55,762 nt of DNA from Deltaproteobacteria bacterium (GTDB lineage Bacteria > Desulfobacterota > Syntrophobacteria > BM002), in contig JARRNM010000019.1 of the NCBI GenBank assembly GCA_037384945.1, forward strand, positions 1 to 55,762. Reading direction: 5' to 3'. The position numbers and the translations under genes were made by a program. The notes beneath the pieces are model-generated. The model did not search any database, was not told the origin of the DNA, and saw only the letters and a list, made by a program, of their open reading frames with translations. Shown here piece after piece: positions 41,433 through 50,528 of the stretch (its first letter is position 1; every line of letters begins with the position of its first letter).

Positions 41433-41987
41433 ATGTCGAACACTTTCCAGAAAGAGTGCAAATTAAAGGACGGCACCGTTGTTCTTCTCCGGCCCTTAGT
41501 GGCTGAGGACCGTCAAGCCCTCATCAAGTTTTTTCAGTCACTGCCTGAAGAGCTGCGTCTTTATCTGCGCCATGATGTTACTGATGAAAAAGTCATTGAC
41601 TCGTGGACCCAAAACATCGATTATAAACGGGCCTTCCCTATTATTGCCCACGTAGGTGAACGTATTGTTGGCGATGTTTCCCTCCACCGTATTCCCTACG
41701 GCTGGAAGCGACACATCGGCACCGTTCGGATAGTAGTGGCGCCGGAGTATCATGCCAAAGGCCTCGGAACCCTTCTGATACACGAGATCGTGGAACTGGC
41801 CGCCGAATTTGGTCTAGAAAAGCTGTGGGCTGAACTTCCCCTCACTGTTCCGGCGGCTATAGCCGTTTTCAGAAAGGCCGGGTTTTCCAGCAAAGCTGTC
41901 ATTGAGGACCTGGTAAAAGACCTTCGCGGCCGCAATACGGATGTGGTTTTGATGGTATGCGATATAGGCGCCCTGTATACCTTTTAG
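41433..41987 (+). CDS. GNAT family N-acetyltransferase
   Basis: LKDGTVVLLRPL, VAPEYHAKGLGT and FRKAGF motifs. Confidence 0.9.
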   Translation: MSNTFQKECKLKDGTVVLLRPLVAEDRQALIKFFQSLPEELRLYLRHDVTDEKVIDSWTQNIDYKRAFPIIAHVGERIVGDVSLHRIPYGWKRHIGTVRIVVAPEYHAKGLGTLLIHEIVELAAEFGLEKLWAELPLTVPAAIAVFRKAGFSSKAVIEDLVKDLRGRNTDVVLMVCDIGALYTF

Positions 41988-42048
41988 TTCCACCTCACTT
42001 CCGGCTGGCTCAAGAAAGCAAAGGTATTCTAAAGAATGGGTCTCGCAG

Positions 42049-42771
42049 CTACTGATCCTGGCCTTTTTTCCGTGGAGCCGGCAAGCTCAGCCTAAAGATT
42101 CCCACAAACAGTAGACCAATTATACCGACAAGACCCATACGATGCACGTCTTCGAGTCTGAAGGTCCCATAGAAATAGCGAAGTATGGCGAAGCGGGGAT
42201 CCAGTTCATAGGACTTTTTAAAGTCAGCTTCAGCCAAATCCTCTTTTCCGAGCTGCTGGTAGGTCTTGGCACGGGTTGAATAGGCATTGGCTAGCGCCCG
42301 CAAATCTCCTCCCTTGAGGTTGATCGCCCTACTAGCATCGCGGATGGCCCTTTCCTTCATTCCTTTGAGACGATAGGCCTCCGCCCGATAACTGTAAGCG
42401 CTCACCAATTTGGGGTCCAGTTCAAGAGCATGATCAAAATCGCTGATCGCCAAGTCAAACTCTCCCTTTTTGAGGAAAGCCATGCCCCTAATGCGGTAAG
42501 CCTCCAGATTATCTGGCCATAGGGCGAGGACACGGGTGTAGTCTTCAATGGCCCGCTCATATCGACGCTGAAAGTAGTAGAGAATTGCCCGCTTCTCGTA
42601 AGCTTCCACCAGATTTGGGTTCAGCTGCAAGGCTTTGTTGAAGTAGTCAATTTTTCTGGAATCTATAGAACTCTTTTCGCCAAGATTATAGTAATGTAAA
42701 GCGTCATTGCCCCAGGCCGTCGCCGTACCCAGCCAGAAACACAACAATATTCCAAGGGTCTTTATTTTCAT
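42049..42771 (-). CDS. TPR-repeat protein, exported, with a C-terminal TM anchor
   Basis: Signal peptide, about 5 TPR repeats, hydrophobic tail followed by basic residues. Confidence 0.9.
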   Translation of the reverse strand: MKIKTLGILLCFWLGTATAWGNDALHYYNLGEKSSIDSRKIDYFNKALQLNPNLVEAYEKRAILYYFQRRYERAIEDYTRVLALWPDNLEAYRIRGMAFLKKGEFDLAISDFDHALELDPKLVSAYSYRAEAYRLKGMKERAIRDASRAINLKGGDLRALANAYSTRAKTYQQLGKEDLAEADFKKSYELDPRFAILRYFYGTFRLEDVHRMGLVGIIGLLFVGIFRLSLPAPRKKGQDQ

Positions 42772-42872
42772 AACTCACTGTCTTTCTGCAAAAGCCCAAA
42801 AGGGCTGCCTCTCAGATTGTTTTTTGTCTTCCGGTATAAAAGCCTGCTCTAGTCGTTATACTTGACAGAGTT

Positions 42873-42888
42873 CGCAAAATTCCTGCCA
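42873..42888 (-). promoter_or_regulatory. Putative sigma54 promoter
   Basis: TGGCAGG-AATT-TTGCG, about 100 bp upstream of the TPR gene. Confidence 0.6.
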
Positions 42889-42980
42889 GCATATCAGTCA
42901 TAAACTTAATCTTAAGCATCGCAGTTCACGGGTGCCATAGCCAGAGCAAAAAATAAACTGGGACAGGTCTTGCATTTATC

Positions 42981-43185
42981 TAATGAGTGCCCATCCGGAA
43001 ACCATGTTTCTGGATGTCATTCTGAGGAGTCCCGCTAACAGCGGGACGACGAAGAATCTCATGGCTAGCCCGACCGCAGAGATTCTTCGCGGAGCTTGTC
43101 CTGAGCGACTCGACCTGAGCTCGTCGACAGGTCTCGGCGAAGGGCTCAGAATGACATTAAGGAATTTCCGGATGGACACTCATTA
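42981..43185. mobile_element. MITE/REP-like family A, copy 4
   Basis: TAATGAGTGCCCATCCGGAAA...TTTCCGGATGGACACTCATTA. Confidence 0.88.
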
Positions 43186-43323
43186 AAGGCGAAAAAGGGT
43201 CGATGCGGTAGCCTGTTAGCTCAAACTCTGGTTATAATAGTGCCTAGTTTTGCAATTCTCAGCCTGATTGTGCTTCCCAAAACATCTGGTAGCAAGGACA
43301 GTGGAGTACGAGGAATCAAAGAT

Positions 43324-43668
43324 ATGAAGTTGAGCAGTACAAAAATTCGTAACATTCTCCTGATCTTACTTCTTGTCCCCCTGATTCTTCTGGTGGGTGT
43401 CTGGGGAGGATGGTTTGGCCCGCTGGAGTTGGCCACCTGTACAGCCAGGGGAGGTCAAATCGTCGGGGATTACGGCTCGGGTGATGTCTGAGGTCTGGTT
43501 TACTGCAATGAGCCCCGGGTAGGGCTCTTTAGGTATCTGGTCACCGAGGGTTTCGATCGGCTCCTCGGAAATGAGTCTAGCCCTCCAGAAAGGATTCGCC
43601 CACAACCCTCGCCAGCTCAGCTGGACAGAGCCGACGGGGATAAATCCCCCCCTCCCCTTGCCTTATAG
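43324..43668 (+). CDS. Candidate novel membrane-anchored selenoprotein (114 aa, Sec56)
   Basis: TGA 43489-43491 read through gives ...CTARGG...GDV-U-GLVYC-NEPRVGLFRYL...; SECIS-like hairpin at 43510-43527; RBS GAGGA. Confidence 0.65.
43510..43527 (+). promoter_or_regulatory. Candidate SECIS hairpin
   Basis: GAGCCC-CGGGTA-GGGCTC; loop starts at +25 from the UGA. Confidence 0.65.
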
Positions 43669-43774
43669 CAGAGAAAACGGTTGTGAGTGGATAGGACGGA
43701 TATCCCACTCAGGGTTGCAGGGTGACCATGATGGTCCTTACTTGGAAGGTATCAAAAGGACCGAGAGGCGATAC

Positions 43775-44077
43775 ATGCGACCAGTAACCGGAGTTCCTTT
43801 GCCCAGATGCCAAACCACTCTGGCCGCAACCGATGTCGGCAGCAACCAGGAGGACACTGCAGCCAGAAATCTCTTCGGATTCTTTCTCCTATTGCTGTTG
43901 CTGGTGGGAATTGGTACGCTGATGTTTTTTACTTCAGGATTTGATGCGAGGAGTACTCATCGAAACTCCTGGGCTTCGCATTTGGGTTTAGTCCCTGGTC
44001 AGTTTTTTCAGCTCCCAGCATTACCCCTTCTCATACAAGTAAAGCCACATATTGACACCCGGCATCTATGCTGCTAG
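43775..44077 (+). CDS. Possible small single-TM hypothetical protein
   Basis: ATG after GAGAGG; one hydrophobic stretch; no recognised family. Confidence 0.3.
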   Translation: MRPVTGVPLPRCQTTLAATDVGSNQEDTAARNLFGFFLLLLLLVGIGTLMFFTSGFDARSTHRNSWASHLGLVPGQFFQLPALPLLIQVKPHIDTRHLCC

Positions 44078-44114
44078 GGTGCCTCCGTATCTAAACCAAC
44101 CTTAACAGACAGCC

Positions 44115-44741
44115 ATGCTTCTGACCAAGTTTACCATTCCTGAAATTATCTACTATTGCGTGGGCATCCTTTTTGCCATCACCGCCCAAGGTGCCGTCCA
44201 GGGGTTGACTCTTGATCTCTTTGGCCTTACCCCGGAGGGGCAGGAGGAAGAGAAACCTAAAGTTAACTTGAATTTTTTCGCTCACCTGGACCCCATTGCC
44301 ATACTGGTTTTCTTTCTCGACGGTTTCGGCTGGGCAAAGGTGATAAAGGTTGATGACAGCCAGTTGAAGCATCCCAGGATTGCCTGGCTGGTAACTGCTT
44401 ACATGAGCGCCTTTACCAACCTCCTGGTTGCGGTCTCCATCTCCACTGTCAGTGACATCCTCTGGACCTCTCGGGCATTCTACGTGGTTATGGCGCTGAA
44501 CGCCAACGTCTTCGTTTATAATCTGCTGGTACCCAACCCACCCCTCGCCGCCTCCAGGATCCTCTATGCCTTCGTCCCACCACGACACCATGCGCTGTGG
44601 CGCTGGTATGCCAGGCTCGGCCCTTTCATCCTGCTGACCATCGCCGCCCTGGCACGGTTCACGGATGTGGCAATCCTTCATCCCATCACCCAACCACTTT
44701 ATGGAGCGATTATGCGATTTTGCGCCAGCTCATCCTTCTAG
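44115..44741 (+). CDS. Site-2 protease (M50)-like membrane protein, catalytically degenerate
   Basis: AHLDPIA, GFGWAK and NLLVPNPPLAASRIL resemble M50, but HExxH and PxxPLDG are absent. Confidence 0.75.
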   Translation: MLLTKFTIPEIIYYCVGILFAITAQGAVQGLTLDLFGLTPEGQEEEKPKVNLNFFAHLDPIAILVFFLDGFGWAKVIKVDDSQLKHPRIAWLVTAYMSAFTNLLVAVSISTVSDILWTSRAFYVVMALNANVFVYNLLVPNPPLAASRILYAFVPPRHHALWRWYARLGPFILLTIAALARFTDVAILHPITQPLYGAIMRFCASSSF

Positions 44742-44944
44742 CCCGGATATTTCATGAATTGCCGTCGCGAGACCAGGAAGACGGCCGTGCCACCTGACAA
44801 CCGTCCCGCGGTACCGCGGGATTGGTTCCGAGGCGTACCTGAACGGTACGTCGCAGGAGCCGACATTCGAGGACGGCAGGAAGGACGGCCATATCCATGG
44901 TCGTAGTCACGCCAGGGCGTGAATTCATGAAATATCCGGGCTAG
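44738..44944. mobile_element. MITE family B, copy 3 (minimal)
   Basis: Perfect CTAGCCCGGATATTTCATGAATT inverted ends; the left CTAG contains the upstream gene's TAG stop. Confidence 0.9.
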
Positions 44945-44961
44945 ACCTTCACCAGGCAAGA

Positions 44962-46653
44962 TCAGCTTTTGGACGGTAGCCTATCGCCAAAGTGGGGAAA
45001 CTTCTCCAGGAGGGAGGCTTTCAGTTCGCCTGCGTCAGCAAACCGCTCTTTGATATTTTTCGTCAGACATTTCAAAATGATGCTTTCGAGCTCCACGGGA
45101 ATTTCGGGCTCAATTTTTCTGGGCGGTTCCGGTTCGCCAGAAAGGATGATATCCATCAGGACTTTCTCGTTTTCGTGATAGAAGGGAAGGTATTCTGTAT
45201 AGACGGCGTAGATTATCACTCCCAGTGCCCAGACATCGCTGGCGATCTGACTCTCACCCATAATCTGCTCTGGTGCCATGAAGGGCCTGGAGCCCACCAT
45301 GGTGCTGCTCATGTCCTGATCCTTCAGCTCTTTGGCCACTCCGTAATCCAAAAGCTTCACCAAACCATCTCTCTTGATCAGGATATTCTCCGGCTTGATG
45401 TCCCGGTGCATAATCCGCTGCTCATGAGCATAGGCCACAATGTCAACTAACTGAATAACGATGCTCTCCTTCTGAGCTTCACTCAAAGAAGATTCCATGA
45501 ATTCTTTGAGCGATCGGCCCCGTACAAATTCTTGCACCAGTACCACCCGGCCCCTCTCTTCCACAACGTCGATGAGTTTGACCGCATTGGGATGGCCCGC
45601 CAGCTTCTGGCAAATATGTGCTTCTTTGCGAAACTGATTATTGAGTTTTTTACTTCTCGGGATCTTGGCCACATAAAAAGGGGCCCGGCCTTGCCGGTAG
45701 ATATCCCGTACCTTCCAAACTTCACCGAAACTTCCCAGACCTAAGCGCTTAATCTTTTCGTAGCGCTCGCCAATCAGTTCGGTCATCTTCATCAAAGAGA
45801 AAAAATCACCACCGAAAGGTATAACTTTCGGAACCAGATGCTTGAGGAATCTGCCGAGAAACCGCTGTGTATCCGGACGTAGGGGCAACGATTCCGTGGT
45901 TTCGGCCCGGTCCGATATGTCCATACTATCACCCTGGTAGCCAATTATTTTCCCCTTTTCGTCGCGGACCACCTGGCCGTCGAGCAGCATGGTGATCCTC
46001 TGGCCATCTTTACGCTTGAAATTTACCTTGAAATTCTTAATGTAGCCCTGGGTCTCAATGATCTGCTGAAAGCGTTCGCGATCTTTTGCATCCCAGTAGA
46101 TATCCTCCTTGATGTCTACTTTCAGCAGCTCATCTCTGCTCTCGTAACCCAGTAGCTTCACCAGGTTCTGATTCACATCCAGAAATCGCCCCTCTGGCGT
46201 ACTTAGAAACAGTCCGTGTTGTTCACCATCGAAGAATCCCTTATACCTTTCGAGGACCTCCCGCTGGCTCTTCTCCTTCAGGAGGACCCTGGCCAACACC
46301 CCAACCCGCCGCAGGACTATCTCCCGAATAAAAGGCTTCACCAGGTACTCCGCTGCCCCCATCTGCAGCCCCTGAGCCACGTATTCCTCGTCGAATTTTT
46401 CCAGTAGAACAATAACGGGCAGAGAGGCAGTAGTGCCTCTTTTCTTCAAACGCCGGAGGACCTCGAGCCCTTTGAGATCGGGGCTCTGGATCTCAAGAAG
46501 AATGACCTCAGGGAGTTGTTGTTCTGCCAAGCTGACGGCTTCGTCGCCGTTGACCGCGACCATCACTTGATAGCCACCCTCCTCCAGCATTTGATTCAAT
46601 TCCCCAGTTGGTTCCTTCGGAGAAGCAATGATTAGGGCCTTTCTCTTGTCCAT
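44962..46653 (-). CDS. Receiver-PAS-Ser/Thr protein kinase
   Basis: REC (PEVILLE, YLVKPF), PAS, then kinase motifs GLGSFGEV, VAK, HRDIKPEN, DYG, APE and DVWALG. Confidence 0.92.
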   Translation of the reverse strand: MDKRKALIIASPKEPTGELNQMLEEGGYQVMVAVNGDEAVSLAEQQLPEVILLEIQSPDLKGLEVLRRLKKRGTTASLPVIVLLEKFDEEYVAQGLQMGAAEYLVKPFIREIVLRRVGVLARVLLKEKSQREVLERYKGFFDGEQHGLFLSTPEGRFLDVNQNLVKLLGYESRDELLKVDIKEDIYWDAKDRERFQQIIETQGYIKNFKVNFKRKDGQRITMLLDGQVVRDEKGKIIGYQGDSMDISDRAETTESLPLRPDTQRFLGRFLKHLVPKVIPFGGDFFSLMKMTELIGERYEKIKRLGLGSFGEVWKVRDIYRQGRAPFYVAKIPRSKKLNNQFRKEAHICQKLAGHPNAVKLIDVVEERGRVVLVQEFVRGRSLKEFMESSLSEAQKESIVIQLVDIVAYAHEQRIMHRDIKPENILIKRDGLVKLLDYGVAKELKDQDMSSTMVGSRPFMAPEQIMGESQIASDVWALGVIIYAVYTEYLPFYHENEKVLMDIILSGEPEPPRKIEPEIPVELESIILKCLTKNIKERFADAGELKASLLEKFPHFGDRLPSKS

Positions 46654-46821
46654 CGACTACCCCCCACCGCTATTTCATCTGACACCAATTGACAGCATCA
46701 GCTCTTTTTCTGTATTGTAGCATAACTCAACCAGTTGAACGCAGCCGTGCCTTCTAGCCCGGATACCTGTGGTGCACTTCCGGCCGCTGCCTCATTCACT
46801 CGAGAAAGGGAAATATTTACT

Positions 46822-47097
46822 ATGCATTACAGAGTCAAAGGCCAAAGGGTATTGATCAATCAGACAGAACTTGTTGAATACATGGAAAAAAAGGTCCTGG
46901 ATCTCAGTTCGATGGCCGGAGACCTTATCATATCGTTGATTATTGTCAGCGCGGTGGTATTTCTCAATTACATGCTCGTGCCTTACTACTTCCTGTTCCT
47001 CCTGATTCTCGTACCCCTCCTCTCCAGAGGATTCGTCCACTCCAAGGTCGAGTCCTGGATGCGCAGGTTTTTTAGCGAGCTGCTGGAAATGGGTTAA
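46822..47097 (+). CDS. Small hypothetical membrane protein (2 TM)
   Basis: ATG after AAAGGG; two hydrophobic segments. Confidence 0.65.
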   Translation: MHYRVKGQRVLINQTELVEYMEKKVLDLSSMAGDLIISLIIVSAVVFLNYMLVPYYFLFLLILVPLLSRGFVHSKVESWMRRFFSELLEMG

Positions 47098-48322
47098 AAA
47101 AATCCACTGCAAAGCGATGGCATCTTTCCCCTCGCCCCTCCCTCTGGCAAACCTGCACCCGTTCCCCCAAAAAATCCCTGATTCGACCGCCCAGTTTGGG
47201 CATGAAGGCACCCAGGGCCCAGCCGACAAAGACAATCGCATAGTTCATGCCGAAGTTCTTCAGGCCGTAGAAGTCGCCGCAGTAAGAGGGCATCAGGGAG
47301 AGACCTCCGCCGTACACCCAGTAGGCGATACCGCAGGCCACAAAGGCGAGAACCAGGCTCTTGGAGTTGATGATCGCCGGCAAGGCGAACATACAGATGG
47401 CCGCCGCTGCGGCGTTCACTATGTAAGCCCTGTCTCTACCGATGACATCGGAGTATTTGCCGGTGCCGATACGACCACAGGCGTTCAGCAGACCACCAAA
47501 GGCAACCAGGATGTAACCGGAGGCCAGCATGGGTTTAACCATCTTGGCGGCATGGCCGATGATGAGAATTCCCGCCTGGGTGTTCAAGCAGAACAAGGCA
47601 ATCAGGGCATAAACTTGCCAGGTCTTGAGAATTTCACTCGGCGCCCAGTCAATTGAGGTAGCCTTGGCCCCGGCTTCCGCCATTTTTGCCTTCACCTCTT
47701 CAGGTATGGGCACCACGTAACCGGGCTCCGGCCAGGCCAGCAACATACCGGCCGCGAAGATAATGATGCCGTAAGCGATACCCAGCACCACAAATGAGGT
47801 GGTAATGCCATAGGCGGTAATTAACCAACGAGCCAGGGGCGCCACATAGAACGCTGCACCGCCGTAGCCGCTCACCACTAGTCCGGCAATCAGACCGCGG
47901 CGATGGGGACCGAACCACTTCAGCGCCGCCGGGGTCGGTGCCGCGTAACCAACACCCATGCCGATGCCGCCGCCAATGCCATAGCCGATGACGATGCCGG
48001 CATAGTTCTTGGCCACCCCGGCGACGATCAGACCCAGGCACATAAAGATGGCGCTAATGGCAGCAGCCACCTTCGGACCCATCTTGTCCTGAATTCGACC
48101 GCCAGGAAACATCATCAAACCGAAAATGAGCATGCACAGGGAGGCGGGATTTGCTGCTTGCTCCGCCGTGAGGACTGTCCAACCATGGGCCGCCATATAG
48201 TCGGCGTCGGTGAGATACTTCAACCAAACACTCCAAGCATAGAGGCATCCCAGACAAAGGTTGATGGTCGTTCCCGCAAAGACGACACGCCATGCGGTGG
48301 AGGGTTCTTTTGCTTCTGCCAT
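47072..48322 (-). pseudogene. OFA (oxalate/formate antiporter-like) MFS transporter lacking its last TM helix
   Basis: GCLYAWSV, GGRIQDKMGP, KWFGPHRRGL and YGLKNFGMNY motifs. Homology ends at GGRIRD (about 47174), after which a hydrophilic tail overlaps the convergent gene. Confidence 0.7.
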
Positions 48323-49128
48323 AATGTTTCCTCCTTACATTTTATGAGTCCATTTTCATCTCTGGTACAATCCCCTCATCCCTTTTCGCGGTGGTAGCTC
48401 CATTTCTCGCCCTGTGTCTGGTATTAACTTCCTGCGCCTCACAGATGAATTGAATTGAAGCCAGGAATAAAACCATTTTGGGGTAAGGAAGAAGATAGGC
48501 TCATGGAAGACCAGGGTATGGCTCACAAAGCATCCGCGAGACCACATAGACCGATCGGGCCTATCGCTTCGCGGTGTCTTCTTCCATGGCCTAGCGAACC
48601 CAGCCTGAGGCTCGACCCGCCATTAACGATATCTCATAATGATTGTAAAAGACCAGTTTAAGAAGCGAGATCTGTTTCCGCTACCTCTCGAGCAAATAAG
48701 CTGGAACCTCGTAGAGGAGATAGCACCAAGCGACCGGCAGCCCAAAAATGGCCGCCTGCTCTTGACGGACCTTATTATCACCTCCTCTCGCTGCAATTAT
48801 GTTAGCGCCGATTTAGCGCTTGCGCCCTATTAAGAGTAGGATACTCCGCCTGAGTCGGTATACCATTTCTTCCAAACTCACCGAATGTTAAAAAGACCAA
48901 TAAACGTTTATGAGGAAGTTGTACAGAACTCTAAGAAAAGACATTTTTAAACGGGCGCATATTGTCTCTGTATTTCATAAACAACCGCTAAAGTCAAGGA
49001 GAAAAACCTTTATTTTCAGCTTGTCAATATTTTAACAAAGTCTCTATCCTGCCGGATAACTTACAGTTCCACGGGAAGATTATGGTCAGCTTTCTCCGAC
49101 CCATTGCTCCAATTTCTGCTAGTATTAT

Positions 49129-49521
49129 CTACTTTTGTTCCAAATGAAGATGCTCTATACCCGGTTTGAGAAAGAAAGTGGACTCCCCGACTTTTTTGTC
49201 CAAAGTAGAAAAGGTGATAACCCATTTCTCCTTCGCATCCAAGGCTTCCAGGCTTTTAACTGCTCTGAGTTCCACTACCGAGCCGATGGCAAAAGCGCAT
49301 TTTACCCTAGCTTCTGAGTCAACTCCGATTAGATCGAGAAATCCGTCCCGCATCCTAGGAGGTTTAAAATCCGGGATTGGCCAGAGATCGGCCTCTTTGA
49401 CCATAGTGTACAGAAAACATTTGATTGTTTGATGAATTACCGGCCCATATCGAAAGGGCTTGGGAATCTTGGTCAGTTCCGATTCCAGTGCTTTTTTTAG
49501 ACTGCTTTTCAAGGATTCCAT
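49129..49521 (-). CDS. Hypothetical protein
   Basis: ATG 49521 after AGGGAG; in the same orientation as the amidohydrolase. Confidence 0.7.
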   Translation of the reverse strand: MESLKSSLKKALESELTKIPKPFRYGPVIHQTIKCFLYTMVKEADLWPIPDFKPPRMRDGFLDLIGVDSEARVKCAFAIGSVVELRAVKSLEALDAKEKWVITFSTLDKKVGESTFFLKPGIEHLHLEQK

Positions 49522-49658
49522 TGAGTTTATCTCCCTTAAATATCCCGGCAAATCACTTCGCGAGTCTGATCAGCTTTCAAAGGCAAACCAACTCATTTCC
49601 GTGCAATTCTTAACAACGGAGTAACCAAAAATGGTGTTGGATTATTTATGGATGGACC

Positions 49659-50507
49659 CTAATCGTCTCGAAGATTAAGCCATTTGCCAGCTGAACGCCC
49701 TTTGATCCAGACTTGATCCTCTTCGCTCAAACCTGCGGCGGTCATCTCTTCAAAATAGCGTTCAGGCAGAATAAGGGGATAGTCGCTTCCAAACAGTACT
49801 CTTTGGGCACCAACGATCTTCACGGCAACATGGTAAATTGTGGGATCATAAAGGAATGGGGAGGCTGCAGTATCGTAGGCAACTTGTGCCAGAACCTCAC
49901 GTGCTTCTCTCTTCAGGAGTTCGTAAAAGAAAAGGCCTCCGCCCCAATGACAGAGAATGAATCGATTCTGAGGAAAACCGCGGATTATTTCGTAGATAAC
50001 CTTTAGGGACGCTTCCGACTTCCCTGGGTACCAATGCCCCACCCTCTCGTTGGTGTGAATCATCAGGGGAACCCCGTATTGGCGAGAGCTAGAGGCAATG
50101 GGCCGTAAAACTTCCACCACACTGGCATCCAGAACCTCCGTGTAAAAGGCCAACTCGCCCACCCCTCTCATGCCTGCGGCCAAACAGCGCTCCACCTCCT
50201 CTGCTGCTTGAGCGACTTTGGGATTCACGCACACAAAAGGCAGCAGTCTATCCGGAAAACGGCTTGCAGCCTCTCCGACATAGTCATTATGGCGTCGCAT
50301 GAGTTCCGGATCATTCCAGGGGAATCCAAAGACAACAGTCTTGTCCACCTTAGAGCGATCCATCTGCTCAACCAAGGCAGCAGCACCAACCAACTTTGCC
50401 TTAGCAGAATCATAGAGTAATCGAAATGCCGGATCTGCCTTGATCAGAGGTTCACGATTATCGCGCATGGAAGGTGGGAAAATATGGGTATGACAGTCGA
50501 TAATCAT
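49659..50507 (-). CDS. Amidohydrolase family protein (amidohydro_2)
   Basis: IIDCHTH, GVGEL, IHT, HWGGG and LFGSDYP motifs. Confidence 0.92.
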   Translation of the reverse strand: MIIDCHTHIFPPSMRDNREPLIKADPAFRLLYDSAKAKLVGAAALVEQMDRSKVDKTVVFGFPWNDPELMRRHNDYVGEAASRFPDRLLPFVCVNPKVAQAAEEVERCLAAGMRGVGELAFYTEVLDASVVEVLRPIASSSRQYGVPLMIHTNERVGHWYPGKSEASLKVIYEIIRGFPQNRFILCHWGGGLFFYELLKREAREVLAQVAYDTAASPFLYDPTIYHVAVKIVGAQRVLFGSDYPLILPERYFEEMTAAGLSEEDQVWIKGRSAGKWLNLRDD

Positions 50508-50528
50508 TGTAGGAGTCCCGCCACCCCC

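Noticed and set aside
43889-43960. Minus-strand RBS plus MSTPRIKS-TGA as another Sec candidate
   Set aside because: Read-through gives only a short low-complexity peptide, with no Cys context and no matching hairpin.
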